IMG/VR virus record: IMGVR_UViG_648276662_000018
DNA: 7,135 nt
Source of the DNA: a virus
Lineage: Duplodnaviria; Heunggongvirae; Uroviricota; Caudoviricetes
Strand: one strand, 5' to 3'
In this document: in pieces, positions 6,566-7,135 of the stretch
How positions within the stretch are numbered: position 1 is the stretch's first letter
Layout of the letters: each line of letters begins with the position of its first letter
Position numbers and translations under genes: made by a program
Notes under the pieces: generated by a model
What the model saw: the letters and a program-made list of their open reading frames with translations, nothing else
Told to the model about the DNA's origin: nothing
The model's database searches: none

Positions 6566-7101
6566 TGCTGCACACAATTCATTTCTTATGCCCCGTTAAC
6601 ACTGCCACTGTTGGGCAACTTCAGAACCACTGTCTCACCGCATTATCTCAAGGCGCAACTGAATTAAATATCCATATATCAAGTCAGGGAGGGGAAACTG
6701 CCGCTGGCTTTACTGCGTATAACTTTCTTAAGTCACTCCCTGTTACCGTTAGAACTCACAACATAAGCAATGTTGAATCCATAGCTAATATCGTTTTCCT
6801 GGCTGGCTCAGAACGTTTCGCAAACCCATTATCAAGATTCCTGTTACATCCTCTATTATGGTGCTTTGCCTCCCCAGCCGCCGACCATGCCAGATTGAGA
6901 GAGTACGGGAAATGCCTCGATAACGATCTTGATCGCTTCGTTGAGACGTTCAATATCGACATCGGAACCCATATTAGGTGGGCATCCCTGATAGCAGACT
7001 CGACCATTTTGGATGCTAACAAGGCTCTTGAGCATGGCATAATTAATTCCATAAAAACTGCAAGGCTGGCATCCAATCAGGCAAACTGGTGGGTTGTTTG
7101 A
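6565..7101 (+). CDS. ClpP-family (peptidase S14-like) serine peptidase homolog, N-terminally truncated relative to ClpP; moron gene co-transcribed with mnt
   Basis: 178-aa ORF whose ATG overlaps the mnt stop (TAATG at 6563-6567), with AAGGAT ~9 nt upstream. By-eye alignment to E. coli ClpP: ISSQGGETAAG vs INSPGGVITAG; THNISNVESIANIVFLAG vs STICMGQAASMGAFLLTAG with the catalytic Ser aligned without gaps; RFANPLSRFLLHP vs RFCLPNSRVMIHQP with the catalytic His conserved; ALEHGIINSI vs AVEYGLVDSI. Confidence 0.8.
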   Translation: MLHTIHFLCPVNTATVGQLQNHCLTALSQGATELNIHISSQGGETAAGFTAYNFLKSLPVTVRTHNISNVESIANIVFLAGSERFANPLSRFLLHPLLWCFASPAADHARLREYGKCLDNDLDRFVETFNIDIGTHIRWASLIADSTILDANKALEHGIINSIKTARLASNQANWWVV

Positions 7102-7111
7102 TGGGTAAATC

Positions 7112-7135
7112 ATGATTACTCCTTATAAAAAACCC
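7112..7135 (+). CDS. Possible start of a further gene downstream of the ClpP-like gene (partial, runs off the window)
   Basis: ATG at 7112-7114 opens a frame MITPYKKP... that is still open at the window end, 10 nt after the ClpP-like stop. Only a weak GGGTAAA ribosome-binding site; too short to assess. Confidence 0.25.

Larger units (their letters stand above)
1540..7135. mobile_element. P22-like prophage, tailspike/immI end (partial, continues past window end); integrated within the 5' end of sbcB
   Basis: Gene content and order match the P22 right end: mnt divergent from arc-ant, then terminator, then tailspike with gp9-type head-binding domain, then a non-coding arm abutting the disrupted host gene. 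No integrase in the window, so this is the end distal to int. Confidence 0.85.

Noticed and set aside
6756-7113. Minus-strand ORFs 6756..7076 and 6856..7113 antisense to the ClpP-like gene
   Set aside because: They are antisense shadows of a gene with clear family-level similarity and have no start signals.
1-7135. CRISPR array or other long tandem repeat
   Set aside because: No regularly spaced direct repeats of 25-40 bp were seen anywhere in the window.

Overview
This window spans a chromosome/prophage junction in an Escherichia-type genome; all calls are from reading the translations and motifs by eye, and no database search was run. The left ~1.5 kb is core chromosome: a complete dacD (PBP6b, minus strand), the dacD-sbcB divergent intergenic region, and only the first ~16 codons of sbcB (exonuclease I). 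From ~1540 to the window end is the tail-side end of a P22-like prophage. It carries a non-coding arm with an operator-like palindrome, a tailspike gene (P22 gp9-type head-binding N-terminus on an unrecognised ~780-aa body), and an immI-type module (ant, arc, mnt). That module holds two extra cargo genes: a 67-aa Cys-rich ORF translationally coupled to arc, and an N-terminally truncated ClpP-family peptidase-like gene translationally coupled to mnt. A sar-like antisense RNA is predicted opposite the ant start. The ClpP-like gene, plus whatever follows it beyond the window edge, is the best candidate for an undescribed lysogen-expressed accessory or defence function.
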